IMG/VR virus record: IMGVR_UViG_3300037440_000532 | Location: 1-49,151 of that record | Direction: 5' to 3' (one strand) | Length of the DNA stretch: 49,151 nt | Origin: a virus | Lineage: Duplodnaviria > Caudoviricetes | Part shown: positions 36,050-45,102 of the stretch, piece by piece | Layout of the letters: every line of letters starts with the position of its first letter | How positions within the stretch are numbered: position 1 is the stretch's first letter | Translations under genes and position numbers: made by a program | The notes under the pieces: model-generated | What the model saw: the letters and a program-made list of their open reading frames with translations, nothing else | What the model was told of the DNA's origin: nothing | Databases searched by the model: none

Positions 36050-37426
36050 CTACCGCCTCACATCCACAAAACTGGCCGTATCTTTATTCCACCCCGCTAT
36101 GACCTGGCCGGTGCCGATCATGCGGCCCTTGTTGACGATGATCTCTGCTACGCCGCCGCGGCCGCAGCCGCAGGGGAAGTCGGGCGGGCAGGTGCACTTG
36201 TGATAGACCTCCTCCCGGAAGGGGAAGATGATCACATCGGCATCCTGCTCCAGGCTGCCGCTGTCCCTGAGATCGGCGGCGATGGGGCGCTTGTCGGGCC
36301 GCTTTTCGAGGTCGCGGTTTAACTGGCTGAGGACCATGATGGGCACGTTGTGCTGCCGGACCTTGGCCTTGATCATGCTGCTGTGCTCGCTCACCTGGAG
36401 CGTGCGGTTGTGAAACTCTCGGCTGTCGCGCATGAGCTGGAGATAGTCGAGCATGATGATCCTGCAGCCCATGACCTGGACGAGGTGGTCTATGGCGCGC
36501 TCTACCTGTTGCACGTTGAACGCGGAAAACTCGAGCAGAATGTCGCGCTGGTAGATTGCGCCGACGGCCTGGCTGACGAGATCCCAGTCGCGGCCGGTGA
36601 GCTCGCCGCGCATGAGCCTGCTCAAGGGCACGCCGCTTTCTCGGGAGATCTCGCGAAGGGCCACGGGGTAGGAGCCCATCTCAATGCTGATGACGCCGGC
36701 CTTGCGGCCTGTGCCCTCTGCCTTGAAATGATCGGCTGCCGCACACATGGTCTGGAATGCGAATGCGGTCTTGCCCATGGACGGTCTTCCCGCGACGATG
36801 ATGAAATCCGACTGCCAGCCGTCGGTGAGGCGATCCAGCTCCGCGAACCCGGTGGGTATGCCGGAGAGCTTCCCGCGGTTCTCGAAGCGCTGCTCTATGC
36901 CTACGATGCCGTTTTGGATGACGTCGGCGTAGGTCATGACGGTGCCGGACTCATAGCGCCGGATGTCGCCCATCTTGGTGATGTGCTCGGTGACGAGCTG
37001 ATCCGCTGCTGCCAGGGCATAGGCCTGGGTGATAGCGTCGGTGCACTGACGGATGATGCGCCGGAGCTTTGCGCGCTCGAGCACTATGCGCTCGTGGGCC
37101 TGGAACCCGGCGGTGGTGGGCACGAGGCTGACGAGGTGGGCGATGTACGCTGCGCCGCCTATGTCGTCGATCTGTCCGGACTTGCGCAGCTCGTCGGGCA
37201 GGGTGATCAGATCTATTTCGTCGCCGCGCTCGTGGACGCGCCGGATGGCTGACCAGATCCTGCCGTGGGCCGTCTTGTAGAAATCATCGGGCTGGAGCGT
37301 GGACTGGCCGACGGTGCTCTTTGGATCGCCGAGCATGCATGCGCCGAGGACCATCTGCTCTGCGTCGAGGTCCTGGGGTGGGAGCCGATGGAGCGCTATG
37401 TCTGCGCCGTTTGTGTCTTTTGCCAC
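36050..37426 (-). CDS. dnaB: Replicative DNA helicase (DnaB family)
   Basis: PPQDLDAEQMVLG, GRPSMGKT, DYLQLM, LSQLNR and DLRDSGSLEQDAD motifs. GTG start with SD AAAGGAG. Confidence 0.95.
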   Translation of the reverse strand: MAKDTNGADIALHRLPPQDLDAEQMVLGACMLGDPKSTVGQSTLQPDDFYKTAHGRIWSAIRRVHERGDEIDLITLPDELRKSGQIDDIGGAAYIAHLVSLVPTTAGFQAHERIVLERAKLRRIIRQCTDAITQAYALAAADQLVTEHITKMGDIRRYESGTVMTYADVIQNGIVGIEQRFENRGKLSGIPTGFAELDRLTDGWQSDFIIVAGRPSMGKTAFAFQTMCAAADHFKAEGTGRKAGVISIEMGSYPVALREISRESGVPLSRLMRGELTGRDWDLVSQAVGAIYQRDILLEFSAFNVQQVERAIDHLVQVMGCRIIMLDYLQLMRDSREFHNRTLQVSEHSSMIKAKVRQHNVPIMVLSQLNRDLEKRPDKRPIAADLRDSGSLEQDADVIIFPFREEVYHKCTCPPDFPCGCGRGGVAEIIVNKGRMIGTGQVIAGWNKDTASFVDVRR

Positions 37427-38409
37427 GGGAACTCCTTTCTGACCGGGGGCAGCTCGCCTGCTGCGCGTTTGCGGTCTTCTTCTTCGCGTTCTTTGCGCCA
37501 CTGATCGTCTTTGGTTTTCCAGGTGCGATCGGGCGGCGCGTGGGCGGCTCCTAAAGGCTGCTCTGCTTTTTGCCAGTCGATATACTTGCGTTTGCGAATG
37601 AACGTGAGAAGCGACCAGATTCCGATGCCGTCACGCGCCCGCTTGCTCTGGGAGAAGTTCTGCGCACCGCGCATGATCTGGTTTTGGACGCCGGACCCGC
37701 AGCGGCTGAACTCCTGCCGAGCCTCCTCAAGGTCAGTCTGCGTATCGGGGTAGTGCTTCAACGTCTCGGTCCAGGCATGTTCCGTGAGACAATTCATGGC
37801 GGCTGGGGTGATGATGGATTCCGGTGATGGTTCCAGCGTGCCTATACCGGGATGCTGGTCTGTGTGACAAAATTTGTCAGCGAGAGAGAGAGAGGGTTTT
37901 CCGGTTCTTTCCTGTCCTATCCTATCCTGTCCTATCCTTGCTGCACTTTCTGGCGCGGAAACTGGGGTTTCCGCGCGGTAATTGTCTTTAACCGGGGTTT
38001 CCGCGCCGGTAACCGGGGTTTCCGCGCCGGTAACTCTCGGGCGTACTGGACAGGGGGTATTGCGTTTACGGTACACCTCGGCCAGATTATCGACAAGATT
38101 TTGACACCAGACTATACGGCTCTTGTTCCATAGATCCTGATCGATCGCGTCCAGTCTGACGAGCAGGGTCATGATGTCTTCAGCCCGGTCCGAGGTCACC
38201 CGGGCGCGTGCCTGTATCAACTCCCACTCGATGGCGTCTGTCAGATCCAGCGTGTGACCTACCGTGCCTCCGAGCTTTTCGAGAAGCTTGAACCAGAACG
38301 TGTATCCATCGTTCCCGAATTTTTGCTCGAGGATGTATAGCGTCTTTCCTCCGTGGTTGCACATGTGCGGGAAGTAGTCGACGCGCTGGAGCTTTGGTGG
38401 TCTGGCCAT
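37396..38409 (-). CDS. Phage replication initiator (DUF4373/Lin1244-like N-terminus)
   Basis: MARP...VDYFPH...KFGNDGY..WFKLLE. Contains internal iterons and sits upstream of the helicase. Confidence 0.8.
   Translation of the reverse strand: MARPPKLQRVDYFPHMCNHGGKTLYILEQKFGNDGYTFWFKLLEKLGGTVGHTLDLTDAIEWELIQARARVTSDRAEDIMTLLVRLDAIDQDLWNKSRIVWCQNLVDNLAEVYRKRNTPCPVRPRVTGAETPVTGAETPVKDNYRAETPVSAPESAARIGQDRIGQERTGKPSLSLADKFCHTDQHPGIGTLEPSPESIITPAAMNCLTEHAWTETLKHYPDTQTDLEEARQEFSRCGSGVQNQIMRGAQNFSQSKRARDGIGIWSLLTFIRKRKYIDWQKAEQPLGAAHAPPDRTWKTKDDQWRKEREEEDRKRAAGELPPVRKEFPWQKTQTAQT
37882..38034. repeat. Putative replication origin: 21-bp iterons, pentamer repeats and a (GA)n tract
   Basis: AACCGGGGTTTCCGCGCCGGT twice plus a degenerate copy near 37960, CCTAT/CCTGT pentamers at 37911-37938. 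Inside the initiator gene as in lambda O. Confidence 0.75.
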
Positions 38410-38410
38410 G

Positions 38411-38632
38411 TTAAGGAAGCCTCTCTTCTTCTCGATCTATTCGCTCTGCAACAAATACGGCATGAGACGCTTTTAAAAGTTTCACGTCAACGACCGTGGA
38501 TGAAACTTTAGACAAATAACTTGATGTCTGGGCGACCAGGGCTGCGGACTGAGCCCACGCGAGCGCTTTGGCTGATGCGGCCTCTTTTTTTATCCGGCGT
38601 CTCATTCGCCCGAACTGTGTAAGCTTTGCCAT
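38411..38632 (-). CDS. Hypothetical protein
   Basis: MAKLTQFGRMRRR..., fits the operon. Confidence 0.55.
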   Translation of the reverse strand: MAKLTQFGRMRRRIKKEAASAKALAWAQSAALVAQTSSYLSKVSSTVVDVKLLKASHAVFVAERIDREEERLP

Positions 38633-38649
38633 GTCTGCCCTTTCTGGTG

Positions 38650-38904
38650 CTACCGTTTGCGAGATCTGAACCACTGGTGAAACTTCATCGCGGCCACGAT
38701 GCCGAGCGGACCGCCTGAGAGATACGCCGCTATCTCTGTGCCGCCGGCAGTGGGCGCGAGCTTGTACAGCGCCAGCGTGGATATGCCTATGAGAAAGCTG
38801 GTGAAGAACGCGGCTACGTAGTGGCCGTGGTTTACGTTGAGGCTCTGGAAGCCGAGCGCGAATACGCTGATGAACGTGGAGCAAAAGAGGATGAGCTCTG
38901 TCAT
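38650..38904 (-). CDS. Small 3-TM membrane protein
   Basis: Hydrophobic, VFALGFQSLNV...GGPLGIVAAM. Confidence 0.75.
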   Translation of the reverse strand: MTELILFCSTFISVFALGFQSLNVNHGHYVAAFFTSFLIGISTLALYKLAPTAGGTEIAAYLSGGPLGIVAAMKFHQWFRSRKR

Positions 38905-40382
38905 GATGCGTTCTCCGTTCTTTGCAGTGCGTTTACTGTTTCTATCCGCTGCCCGATCCAGTGCATGACCGGGACCGCCATGCTGTTGCCGAGAGCCTTA
39001 TAGCGGGGTCCGTCGGGGCAGTCCTCGCGCTTCTTGCCGCGCCACGGGATGAGCGTGTAGTCGTCGGGGAAGCCCTGCAGCCGTTCGCATTCTCGCGGGG
39101 TGAGGCGGCGGACGGCAGAACCGCCAACAATAGGTGCCGATCTCGTCCGGTCAGCGCTCGTTGTAATTCCACGCGACACAGTACACTCTTCAAACTTTCC
39201 GTTTTTATAGTCCGTTGCTGCAAACGCTACCGCTACCTGCCCGCCGCCGTTCGCATGCGATGCGTCAAAATTCATTGATCTAAGCGTCGGAGACAGCGCC
39301 CCGGCATCGGCTGCGCTGTCTTTGCAGGAAAACGCAACCGGTACCAGCGGCGTCCCACGGCCTGTCCCGTCTTCTGATGCGTCGAAGCCCTCGCCGCGCA
39401 AACTGTGAGCAACAAGCGGAGCGCCATCATCACAGGACCAGCCTCTATTGCCAGAACCGCCTTTCAGGGTTGCCGACAGTTCCTCGCAAGCGATTATCGG
39501 CGCTTCGTGGTTGCAGTTAAGGGTGGTACCTATGCCTATGCCTGCGCTCACCTGGCCGGTTTCCATGCAGATGATAGTTTCGCAAGTGTCAACGTCTGTC
39601 CCTGGGGGCCGGTCTCCGCCTGTTTTATTGCCCCCCGCTCGAAGGGTAGGCGCAACATCAACACATGTAAACGGTATCAAATGCCCGGCCTGTGCCTGGT
39701 TGTCGTCTGCGCCGCATGTTCCAACGCCCGTTGCAGTGAGCCCGGCAACTGCCTTCCCCGCTTCTCTGCCCGGCGGAGTATCCCCTTGCAGGCTGTGGCG
39801 CTCAAAAAGTACCGCTGCGGCAGGTCGCCAGTCTCCAAGATATCCGACAACGAAGACGCGACGGCGTCGCTGGGGAACTCCAAGGTACTGAGCGTCAAGG
39901 ATGCGCCAGGCGAGGCCGTAGGCGTTCTTGTAGCCTGACAGGATGCCGCTGTTCGACCATCCGTCTGCGGGAGGAGAGACGTGCTGCCCCGTGAGGAGTC
40001 CCAGAAAGCTTCCAAAGTCTTTTCCCTTATTGCTCGAAAGGACGCCGGGCACGTTCTCCCATACCAGCCAGCGGGGCCGATATCTGCCAGCAATGGCACC
40101 AAAGGTAAGCATGAGGTTGCCACGCGGGTCGTCCAGTCCTTTTCTGAGTCCTGCAACGCTGAAAGACTGGCAGGGGGTTCCTCCGACAAGAAGGTCAATT
40201 GCATGGTCCGGCCACTCCTTGAATTTCGTCATATCGCCGAGGTTCGGCGTTTCCGGGTAATGGTGCGCGAGAACGGCAGACGGGAAAGGCTCTATCTCGC
40301 TGTACCATGCCGCCTGCCAGCCGAGGACATGCCATGCGGCTGTTGCCGCTTCTATGCCTGAGCAAACCGACCCGTATATCAT
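38901..40382 (-). CDS. C5 cytosine DNA methyltransferase
   Basis: Motifs I (SVCSGIEA), IV (GGTPCQSFS), VI (ENVPG), VIII (PQRRRRVF), IX (RRLTPRECERLQGFP) and X (GNS). Confidence 0.95.
   Translation of the reverse strand: MIYGSVCSGIEAATAAWHVLGWQAAWYSEIEPFPSAVLAHHYPETPNLGDMTKFKEWPDHAIDLLVGGTPCQSFSVAGLRKGLDDPRGNLMLTFGAIAGRYRPRWLVWENVPGVLSSNKGKDFGSFLGLLTGQHVSPPADGWSNSGILSGYKNAYGLAWRILDAQYLGVPQRRRRVFVVGYLGDWRPAAAVLFERHSLQGDTPPGREAGKAVAGLTATGVGTCGADDNQAQAGHLIPFTCVDVAPTLRAGGNKTGGDRPPGTDVDTCETIICMETGQVSAGIGIGTTLNCNHEAPIIACEELSATLKGGSGNRGWSCDDGAPLVAHSLRGEGFDASEDGTGRGTPLVPVAFSCKDSAADAGALSPTLRSMNFDASHANGGGQVAVAFAATDYKNGKFEECTVSRGITTSADRTRSAPIVGGSAVRRLTPRECERLQGFPDDYTLIPWRGKKREDCPDGPRYKALGNSMAVPVMHWIGQRIETVNALQRTENAS
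39677..40204 (-). CDS. Overlapping alternative-frame ORF, M.EcoHK31I beta-subunit-like
   Basis: ATG with SD AAGGAG 10 nt upstream. 175 aa with TLEFPS...SLSDILET...YFLS..AC.GILRRAEKRG..LP..L..AL. Confidence 0.7.
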   Translation of the reverse strand: MQLTFLSEEPPASLSALQDSEKDWTTRVATSCLPLVPLLADIGPAGWYGRTCPASFRAIREKTLEAFWDSSRGSTSLLPQTDGRTAASCQATRTPTASPGASLTLSTLEFPSDAVASSLSDILETGDLPQRYFLSATACKGILRRAEKRGRQLPGSLQRALEHAAQTTTRHRPGI

Positions 40383-40514
40383 AGCCTTCCTTTTACGGCT
40401 GCTGCGGCTCGTTTGCCGCGTTTACAGAAGCGGCAGTGATCCACGCCCTGCGCCTTGCGATAGCGGCGGGCGCAGAATCCCTCGGCGCGATCGGCCGGGA
40501 TTTTGAGCTTGTAC

Positions 40515-41033
40515 TTAGTGCACGTAAAATGTTTGCTGGACATCTGATTCCGTGTTCTCCATTTTCATAAATTCGCCCAGCTCCGCGACAAGCTGGTCTA
40601 TGAGCCCGGGATCGACAGCGGCCCCGCCTGTGTGTTTTGCCTGGAACCGCTGGTTTGCCTCGCGCTGTTTAAGCCGCTTGCAGTCCTGGCAGTACACGGA
40701 GAATCCGACGCGCTTGTTGACGCCGCAGCAGGTGCAGGGCTGTTCCTCGTTCTGTGCGAGCCTGACTTCTTTTGACAAGGCCGGCACGTCATCTTCGCGG
40801 TCGACGGACCGGCGCTGTACGATATCGGTGATCCGCTCTGCGGGCTCGCGCTTCCCGCGGATCTGCGTGGACCAGCCGCAGAGGGGGCAATGGAGCGTGC
40901 GGCGGGAATAGGGCGCGGACTCGATGACGTTCTCCGGGGCGCCGCAGTGGGGGCAGGCACGGGCGTAGTCTGCACGGGTCTTGTAGGCATCGGTGAGCGG
41001 AGGGAAATGGTGCGAGTCGAGCACGTTGGCCAT
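40515..41033 (-). CDS. Multi-Zn-ribbon hypothetical protein
   Basis: CPHC, CPLC, CTCC and CQDC motifs. Confidence 0.65.
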   Translation of the reverse strand: MANVLDSHHFPPLTDAYKTRADYARACPHCGAPENVIESAPYSRRTLHCPLCGWSTQIRGKREPAERITDIVQRRSVDREDDVPALSKEVRLAQNEEQPCTCCGVNKRVGFSVYCQDCKRLKQREANQRFQAKHTGGAAVDPGLIDQLVAELGEFMKMENTESDVQQTFYVH

Positions 41034-41035
41034 GA

Positions 41036-41596
41036 TCAGGGGTGTCCTTTCTGTGCCGGGGTGGATCCTGCGCCGAGCTGCTCTCTCCAGGCTGCGCGGC
41101 AGTCGGGGTCGCACCAGGGGGTTTCATTGGTGAGGGGCTTGCCGCAGAGGGCGTTCTTGCAAAAGCGCGGGGCTGGGTCTTCCTGGGCGGCTGGGGTCGC
41201 AATGACGGGCTGCGGAACGGCCGGGCGGGCCTGTGGTACGGGCTGGGGATGCTGCCCCGGGGTCCATGGGGCGATGCGGTAGTCGACCATGCTGCGGCCG
41301 GTCTCTGTGTCCCACACGGGCAACAGCTGCCACGATGGGCGCCAGCCCGGGGCGCTGATGAGCCAGTAGCGGTATTTCCGGTCAGGGAAGTAGGTGCCAG
41401 GGGAGACGACATACCCCGGGTTCTCTCCGAGCTCTCCGATGGTGGTGGATGGGTTGGCGATCCAGGTGCCGCGGCGCTGGGCCTCGAGCTGTATCTCCAT
41501 GCCGGTCATGGGCCCGGAGGCGTCTTTCAGGATCGCGAGCAGGAGCTGGAGCGTTTTGCTGTTCGCGATGTTTCTCCAATGAAAGGTTTTTGGCAT
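41036..41596 (-). CDS. Hypothetical protein (wHTH-like N-terminus, Zn-finger C-terminus)
   Basis: SD GAGGAG, C....CGKPL....WC...CR. Confidence 0.65.
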   Translation of the reverse strand: MPKTFHWRNIANSKTLQLLLAILKDASGPMTGMEIQLEAQRRGTWIANPSTTIGELGENPGYVVSPGTYFPDRKYRYWLISAPGWRPSWQLLPVWDTETGRSMVDYRIAPWTPGQHPQPVPQARPAVPQPVIATPAAQEDPAPRFCKNALCGKPLTNETPWCDPDCRAAWREQLGAGSTPAQKGHP

Positions 41597-41599
41597 ATG

Positions 41600-41806
41600 C
41601 TACTCCTCGTCCAGCGGGTTCGGCGCGTTCCTGAGCCTGCACCAGCTGGGGATGGGCCCGGAGATTGGATACTGGATTTTACGGCCGTACCGTCCACAGT
41701 AGATCGTCTCTCCGGAGGAACAGTCCGTGCATCTGGTGACGACACGGGCGCGGTCGATCTTGCCATTGACGGTGCCGGCGCTGTCCTGAAAGTGGCGATC
41801 GCTCAT
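41600..41806 (-). CDS. Small Cys-rich protein
   Basis: CTDC...C...IPSWCRL. Confidence 0.6.
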   Translation of the reverse strand: MSDRHFQDSAGTVNGKIDRARVVTRCTDCSSGETIYCGRYGRKIQYPISGPIPSWCRLRNAPNPLDEE

Positions 41807-41994
41807 GGCCGCCAGAACGCCAGTAATGCGATCAGCAGGCAGGCTACGGCGACGCCCGCAGCCAGGACGAACAGCCCGGAATGGGGGCAGAAGAAGAGAC
41901 GCCTGGCGCCACAGAGGCTGTGGGTGCTGGTGCACTCGTGGTAGTCGCCCCGGATGGACGAGCGGCGAAACTGGCAAAGCTCTGCGGTTTTCAT
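41803..41994 (-). CDS. Small protein with C-terminal TM
   Basis: SD AAAGGA, ATGA coupling. Confidence 0.55.
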   Translation of the reverse strand: MKTAELCQFRRSSIRGDYHECTSTHSLCGARRLFFCPHSGLFVLAAGVAVACLLIALLAFWRP

Positions 41995-42074
41995 GCGGTG
42001 TTCCTTTCGTTTGTACGTACTTAGCTGGTAATCGACCGCCCAACTAAAGGGCGGCCACTGGGTAAAAAAAGAGG

Positions 42075-43133
42075 CTATGTTAACCTGTCTGCCGGGCTTG
42101 TCACGGCAGATCCCTGGCCGGCTACGTGGGTGTAGATCATGGTGGTGTTCAGATCCTGATGCCCCAGGAGCTCCTGTATGGTCCGAATGTTCGTGCCGGA
42201 CTCGAGCAAATGCGTTGCAAAGCAGTGCCGGAGCGTGTGCGGCGTGACGCGCTTGGTGATGCCCGCCTTGCGCACGGCTACCTTGAATACCTTCTGGACC
42301 GCGGAGTCCAGCAGGTGGTGCCGCCTCTGGATAAGAGTGCCGGCAATGCGATACCTGGTTGCGGCGGGGAACACCCACTGCCATGCCCACTCTTTGGATG
42401 CGTTCGGGCTTTTCTTGTCGAAAGCGTCGGGCATTTCCACTGCGCCGAATCCGTCGCGGAGGTCCTGATCGTGGGTCTTTTTGACCTGATCGAGATGCCG
42501 CTTTAGGCGGTCTTCGATGATGAGGGGCATGGGGACCACGCGGTCTTTTTTCCCTTTGCCTCTGTGCACGATGATCTGATGGCGGGTGAAGTCGAGGTCT
42601 TGAACGCGCAGCTTGAGGCACTCGATCTGGATGCGCAGCCCGGCGCCGTAGAGGAGGGTTGCTATGATCGAGTATTGACCGCGGAGATGGTCCATGACGG
42701 CCTTGACTTCGTCTTTCGACAGAACGGTGGGGATGTTGATGCGGCGTTTTGCGCGGACGGCGTCGAGATTGCCGAGGTCTTTCTTGATCACACGGGTATA
42801 GAGGAACAGCAGCGCGTTGAACGCCTGGTTCTGTGTGGACGCGGACACGTGCTCCTTGACGGCAAGGTGCGTGAGGAACGACTCAACCTCCGGGCCGCCC
42901 ATGTCCTTGGGATGACGCACGTTGTGAAAATAGATAAAGCGCCGCGTCCAGTGCCGGTATGCTTTCCAGGTGTCGTCGCTGTAGTGCCGGACAACGATCG
43001 CCTGGTGCAGCTGGTCGAGCAGCTTCGGGGGGGCCTGCTCCACAGAGACTGACGACGGAACGTGGACGCTTTTCGCCGAAGAGTCACGCCGCTGGTCAAT
43101 AGGATAAATATTTGCTTTTGCTGTGTTTTGCAT
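42075..43133 (-). CDS. intI: Integron integrase
   Basis: [38 protein letters not shown], the integron-specific I2 region ([28 protein letters not shown]), [16 protein letters not shown] and [13 protein letters not shown]. Confidence 0.97.
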   Translation of the reverse strand: MQNTAKANIYPIDQRRDSSAKSVHVPSSVSVEQAPPKLLDQLHQAIVVRHYSDDTWKAYRHWTRRFIYFHNVRHPKDMGGPEVESFLTHLAVKEHVSASTQNQAFNALLFLYTRVIKKDLGNLDAVRAKRRINIPTVLSKDEVKAVMDHLRGQYSIIATLLYGAGLRIQIECLKLRVQDLDFTRHQIIVHRGKGKKDRVVPMPLIIEDRLKRHLDQVKKTHDQDLRDGFGAVEMPDAFDKKSPNASKEWAWQWVFPAATRYRIAGTLIQRRHHLLDSAVQKVFKVAVRKAGITKRVTPHTLRHCFATHLLESGTNIRTIQELLGHQDLNTTMIYTHVAGQGSAVTSPADRLT

Positions 43134-43159
43134 CGGTTCCTCTCCCTAGCCCTGTATTG

Positions 43160-43198
43160 TGATAACACTCCGTTGTGGGCGGATAAAGATAGTTGGTC
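43160..43198 (+). other. attI: attI-like site (crossover G/TT at 43192/43193)
   Basis: TGATAAC-ACTCC-GTTGTGG followed by GGATAA-AGATA-GTTGGTC. GTTGGTCTCCCC is complementary to the end of cassette 1 (43318-43329). Confidence 0.7.
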
Positions 43199-43218
43199 TC
43201 CCCTTCGGTGGGTCGGCT

Positions 43219-43608
43219 TTAAGCATTCCGACGCTTGTGCTCTTTCCATAGCAGTTGTAGGCATTCAAATGTCGTCATTGAACAATGAGCGCCTCCCTTA
43301 TCTTTGGATGAATCCCCGGGGAGACCAACGGCCAGCTGTGAACCAGTCGTGTCAAGCTGTTGTTCGCCCGAAGGGGCGACCAACAAAACGCTCGACCCGA
43401 CATGACCCGCAGTCGTCAGGGCGAGGCCTTGAGCTTTAATGGCATCCAACACAGCGCTCGCCCGCGTGTAGCCCCACCGAAAGCGCCTTTGGAAACGTGA
43501 CGGAGTTGGGGGCATCCCTTCAGCCTCTACGTTTCGCAGGGCTCGCTCCAAGTCCCCAGGTTGCGGCTCGAAAAAATATGGCTCTTCTGTTATCGAATGA
43601 TCGCTCAA
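43219..43608 (-). CDS. FtsK gamma-domain-like wHTH protein starting inside the attC1 loop
   Basis: PSRFQRRFRWGYTRASAVLDAI resembles the FtsK-gamma LQRRLRIGYNRAARII pattern. TTG start after a purine-rich SD. Confidence 0.65.
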   Translation of the reverse strand: MSDHSITEEPYFFEPQPGDLERALRNVEAEGMPPTPSRFQRRFRWGYTRASAVLDAIKAQGLALTTAGHVGSSVLLVAPSGEQQLDTTGSQLAVGLPGDSSKDKGGAHCSMTTFECLQLLWKEHKRRNA

Positions 43609-43650
43609 TTCCTCTCCCTTCCTCCGCTGCGGGTCAGCTGGCCGTTATGC
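43378..43650 (+). other. attC: attC1 (273 bp, gene-containing loop; anti-arm at 43318-43369)
   Basis: R'' GACCAAC, L'' GCT(C)GACC, L' GGTCAGC, R' GTTATGC. Confidence 0.7.
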
Positions 43651-43875
43651 GCCTAAAATCTCGAATGCTGCCGGACTCGGCTCTATGTCGCCCGCCGTGA
43701 AGCAAACATCGAACGGAGCACCTATCGGTATTATTCCTTTGTCGCCGCAGCTCAAGCATTCTGCAAGGGTATGTTCTGGAAGATTGGTGATCTTAATAAT
43801 CCCCGATTCTGGCCTCCCGCCTTTGCAGTCAACGTGCCAAAAACAACGTGGAAATTTCTGTATTGTTATCTTCAT
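43645..43875 (-). CDS. Cassette 2 ORF, Zn-ribbon-like hypothetical
   Basis: SD AAAGGA, CFWHVDC...CLSC. The TAA stop lies within R' of attC1. Confidence 0.7.
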   Translation of the reverse strand: MKITIQKFPRCFWHVDCKGGRPESGIIKITNLPEHTLAECLSCGDKGIIPIGAPFDVCFTAGDIEPSPAAFEILGA

Positions 43876-43906
43876 TTCACTGTCCTTTCATCGAAGAGAT
43901 AAAAGC

Positions 43907-43963
43907 GCCTAACCAGGCTGCTCCAGCGCGACGGCTACGCCGCGCCTGAGCACCGTGTTCCAG
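43907..43963 (+). other. attC: attC2
   Basis: GCCTAAC...GCT(C)CAG...CTGAGC...GTTCCAG. Confidence 0.88.
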
Positions 43964-43993
43964 CGGTCACGCTTCAACTGACAAGTTTCGTCG

Positions 43994-44128
43994 CTAACGT
44001 GTTGTCAAAAAAAGGTGGAACGCATAAATTGCGCTGGTGAGCGCCCAGAGTACGGCTGTCCAGTCCCGATGCATTCCTGCGGATACAGCTCCTAATATGC
44101 CTATTGCTACTCCTGTAAGGTATAGCAT
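43994..44128 (-). CDS. Cassette 3 ORF, 44-aa two-TM membrane protein (not in the ORF track)
   Basis: SD AAAGGAG, MLYLTGVAIGILGAVSAGMHRDWTAVLWALTSAIYAFHLFLTTR. Confidence 0.7.
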   Translation of the reverse strand: MLYLTGVAIGILGAVSAGMHRDWTAVLWALTSAIYAFHLFLTTR

Positions 44129-44234
44129 GGGTTCTCCTTTCGATACTACGCTCCTCAACTTCCCATTGTGACCGCTGGAATGGCGGCGATAATTCGCTAA
44201 TTGCCTTGAAACGCGGGCTGGGAAGGCGTGCCCG

Positions 44235-44299
44235 CTGGAACCAAGGCAATCAACATCGACGCCCGCTACGCGGGCAGCGAGTTATCGCCGCCATTGATA
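44235..44299 (+). other. attC: attC3 (anti-arm at about 44168-44218)
   Basis: CTGGAAC...AAT(C)AAC...GTTATC...ATTGATA. Confidence 0.8.
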
Positions 44300-44304
44300 C
44301 GGCG

Positions 44305-44466
44305 CTACGTGGATGTAGAATCTTGCTTCAAAGGGCCTTTTTGCAAAAGGAGTTCTTTCAGAAAGGTATTCTCTCGCCGTAACGATTCCGCTTCGGCCTT
44401 CCATTCTATTGCGGCTTTCATAAGCTCCATTATGTTCCCAACCGCTTTTTTGTCACTGGGTGTCAT
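44305..44466 (-). CDS. Cassette 4 ORF, 53-aa coiled-coil protein
   Basis: SD AAGGAG, MTPSDKKAVG... Confidence 0.7.
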   Translation of the reverse strand: MTPSDKKAVGNIMELMKAAIEWKAEAESLRRENTFLKELLLQKGPLKQDSTST

Positions 44467-44575
44467 GTGGTTTTCTCCTTTGAAGCAGGATTCTTTGAGA
44501 TTGTAGCGCCGTATCAATGGGGCCGTTAAGCCGTGAACGGTAAGCGTTGGTCGATCCGTCGCAAACTACGCGCCG

Positions 44576-44642
44576 TATCAACCAATCCGTTCAAGTCAGA
44601 CCCGGCCCTGTCGGGCCGGGCGGCTTAACGGCCCCATTAGAC
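44576..44642 (+). other. attC: attC4 (anti-arm at 44503-44562)
   Basis: TATCAAC...GTT(C)AAG...CTTAAC...ATTAGAC. Confidence 0.85.
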
Positions 44643-44999
44643 ACTTTTCAATTTCGCTACTTCTTCCGGGTTCTCGTTACGCCATTGCTCCCAACTCGGA
44701 TCGGTGAGCTTCCATTTAATCCAGTCCGGGTGTTCCTTTGAAGGTGAATATGGTTTCTTGATTCGTGGATAACATCGGCGGCAAAGTTGTCCCGGTAATT
44801 TGTCTGACATTGGCATCAACAAGTGTTCTGAGCAAAAATATAGACCACAACCTCGATCTCCACCGTATGGTTCGCTACCGCAGACATAGGAAAGACCGCG
44901 ATCAATCTCTTTGCCGCACCCCGGATGGTCGCAGTACGCAGGTACTCCATGCCCTATGTCACGCTTCCACTTGTCATCGTATCCAATGGACCAACTCAT
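44637..44999 (-). CDS. Cassette 5 ORF, Cys/His-rich phage-type protein
   Basis: MSWSIGYD..W.RDIG.GVPA.CDHP.C...IDRGLSYVCG...GCGLYFC..H. The stop lies in R' of attC4. Confidence 0.8.
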   Translation of the reverse strand: MSWSIGYDDKWKRDIGHGVPAYCDHPGCGKEIDRGLSYVCGSEPYGGDRGCGLYFCSEHLLMPMSDKLPGQLCRRCYPRIKKPYSPSKEHPDWIKWKLTDPSWEQWRNENPEEVAKLKSV

Positions 45000-45013
45000 A
45001 TAACCCCCAAAGT

Positions 45014-45072
45014 GTCTAACAAGGCTGGTCGTGCGGGACGCAAACCCCGCGCCCCACACCACCGCGTTGATA
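45014..45072 (+). other. attC: attC5
   Basis: GTCTAAC...GGT(C)GTG...CACACC...GTTGATA. Confidence 0.88.
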
Positions 45073-45102
45073 CGGCGCTGCGCGCCTGTAGAATTTCAGT
45101 CG

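Noticed and set aside
43152-43167. LexA box upstream of intI
   Set aside because: CTGTATTGTGATAACA lacks the ACAG half-site. A different phylum-specific SOS box cannot be excluded.
43172-43178. GTTGTGG as the attI crossover
   Set aside because: The end of cassette 1 complements GTTGGTCTCCCC at 43192 instead. Kept as a probable accessory binding site.
43974-44249. 91-aa ORF from the track (also 44996-45211 and the + strand ORFs in the array)
   Set aside because: They cross attC sites and lack an RBS. Shorter ORFs with strong SD sequences fit the cassettes exactly.
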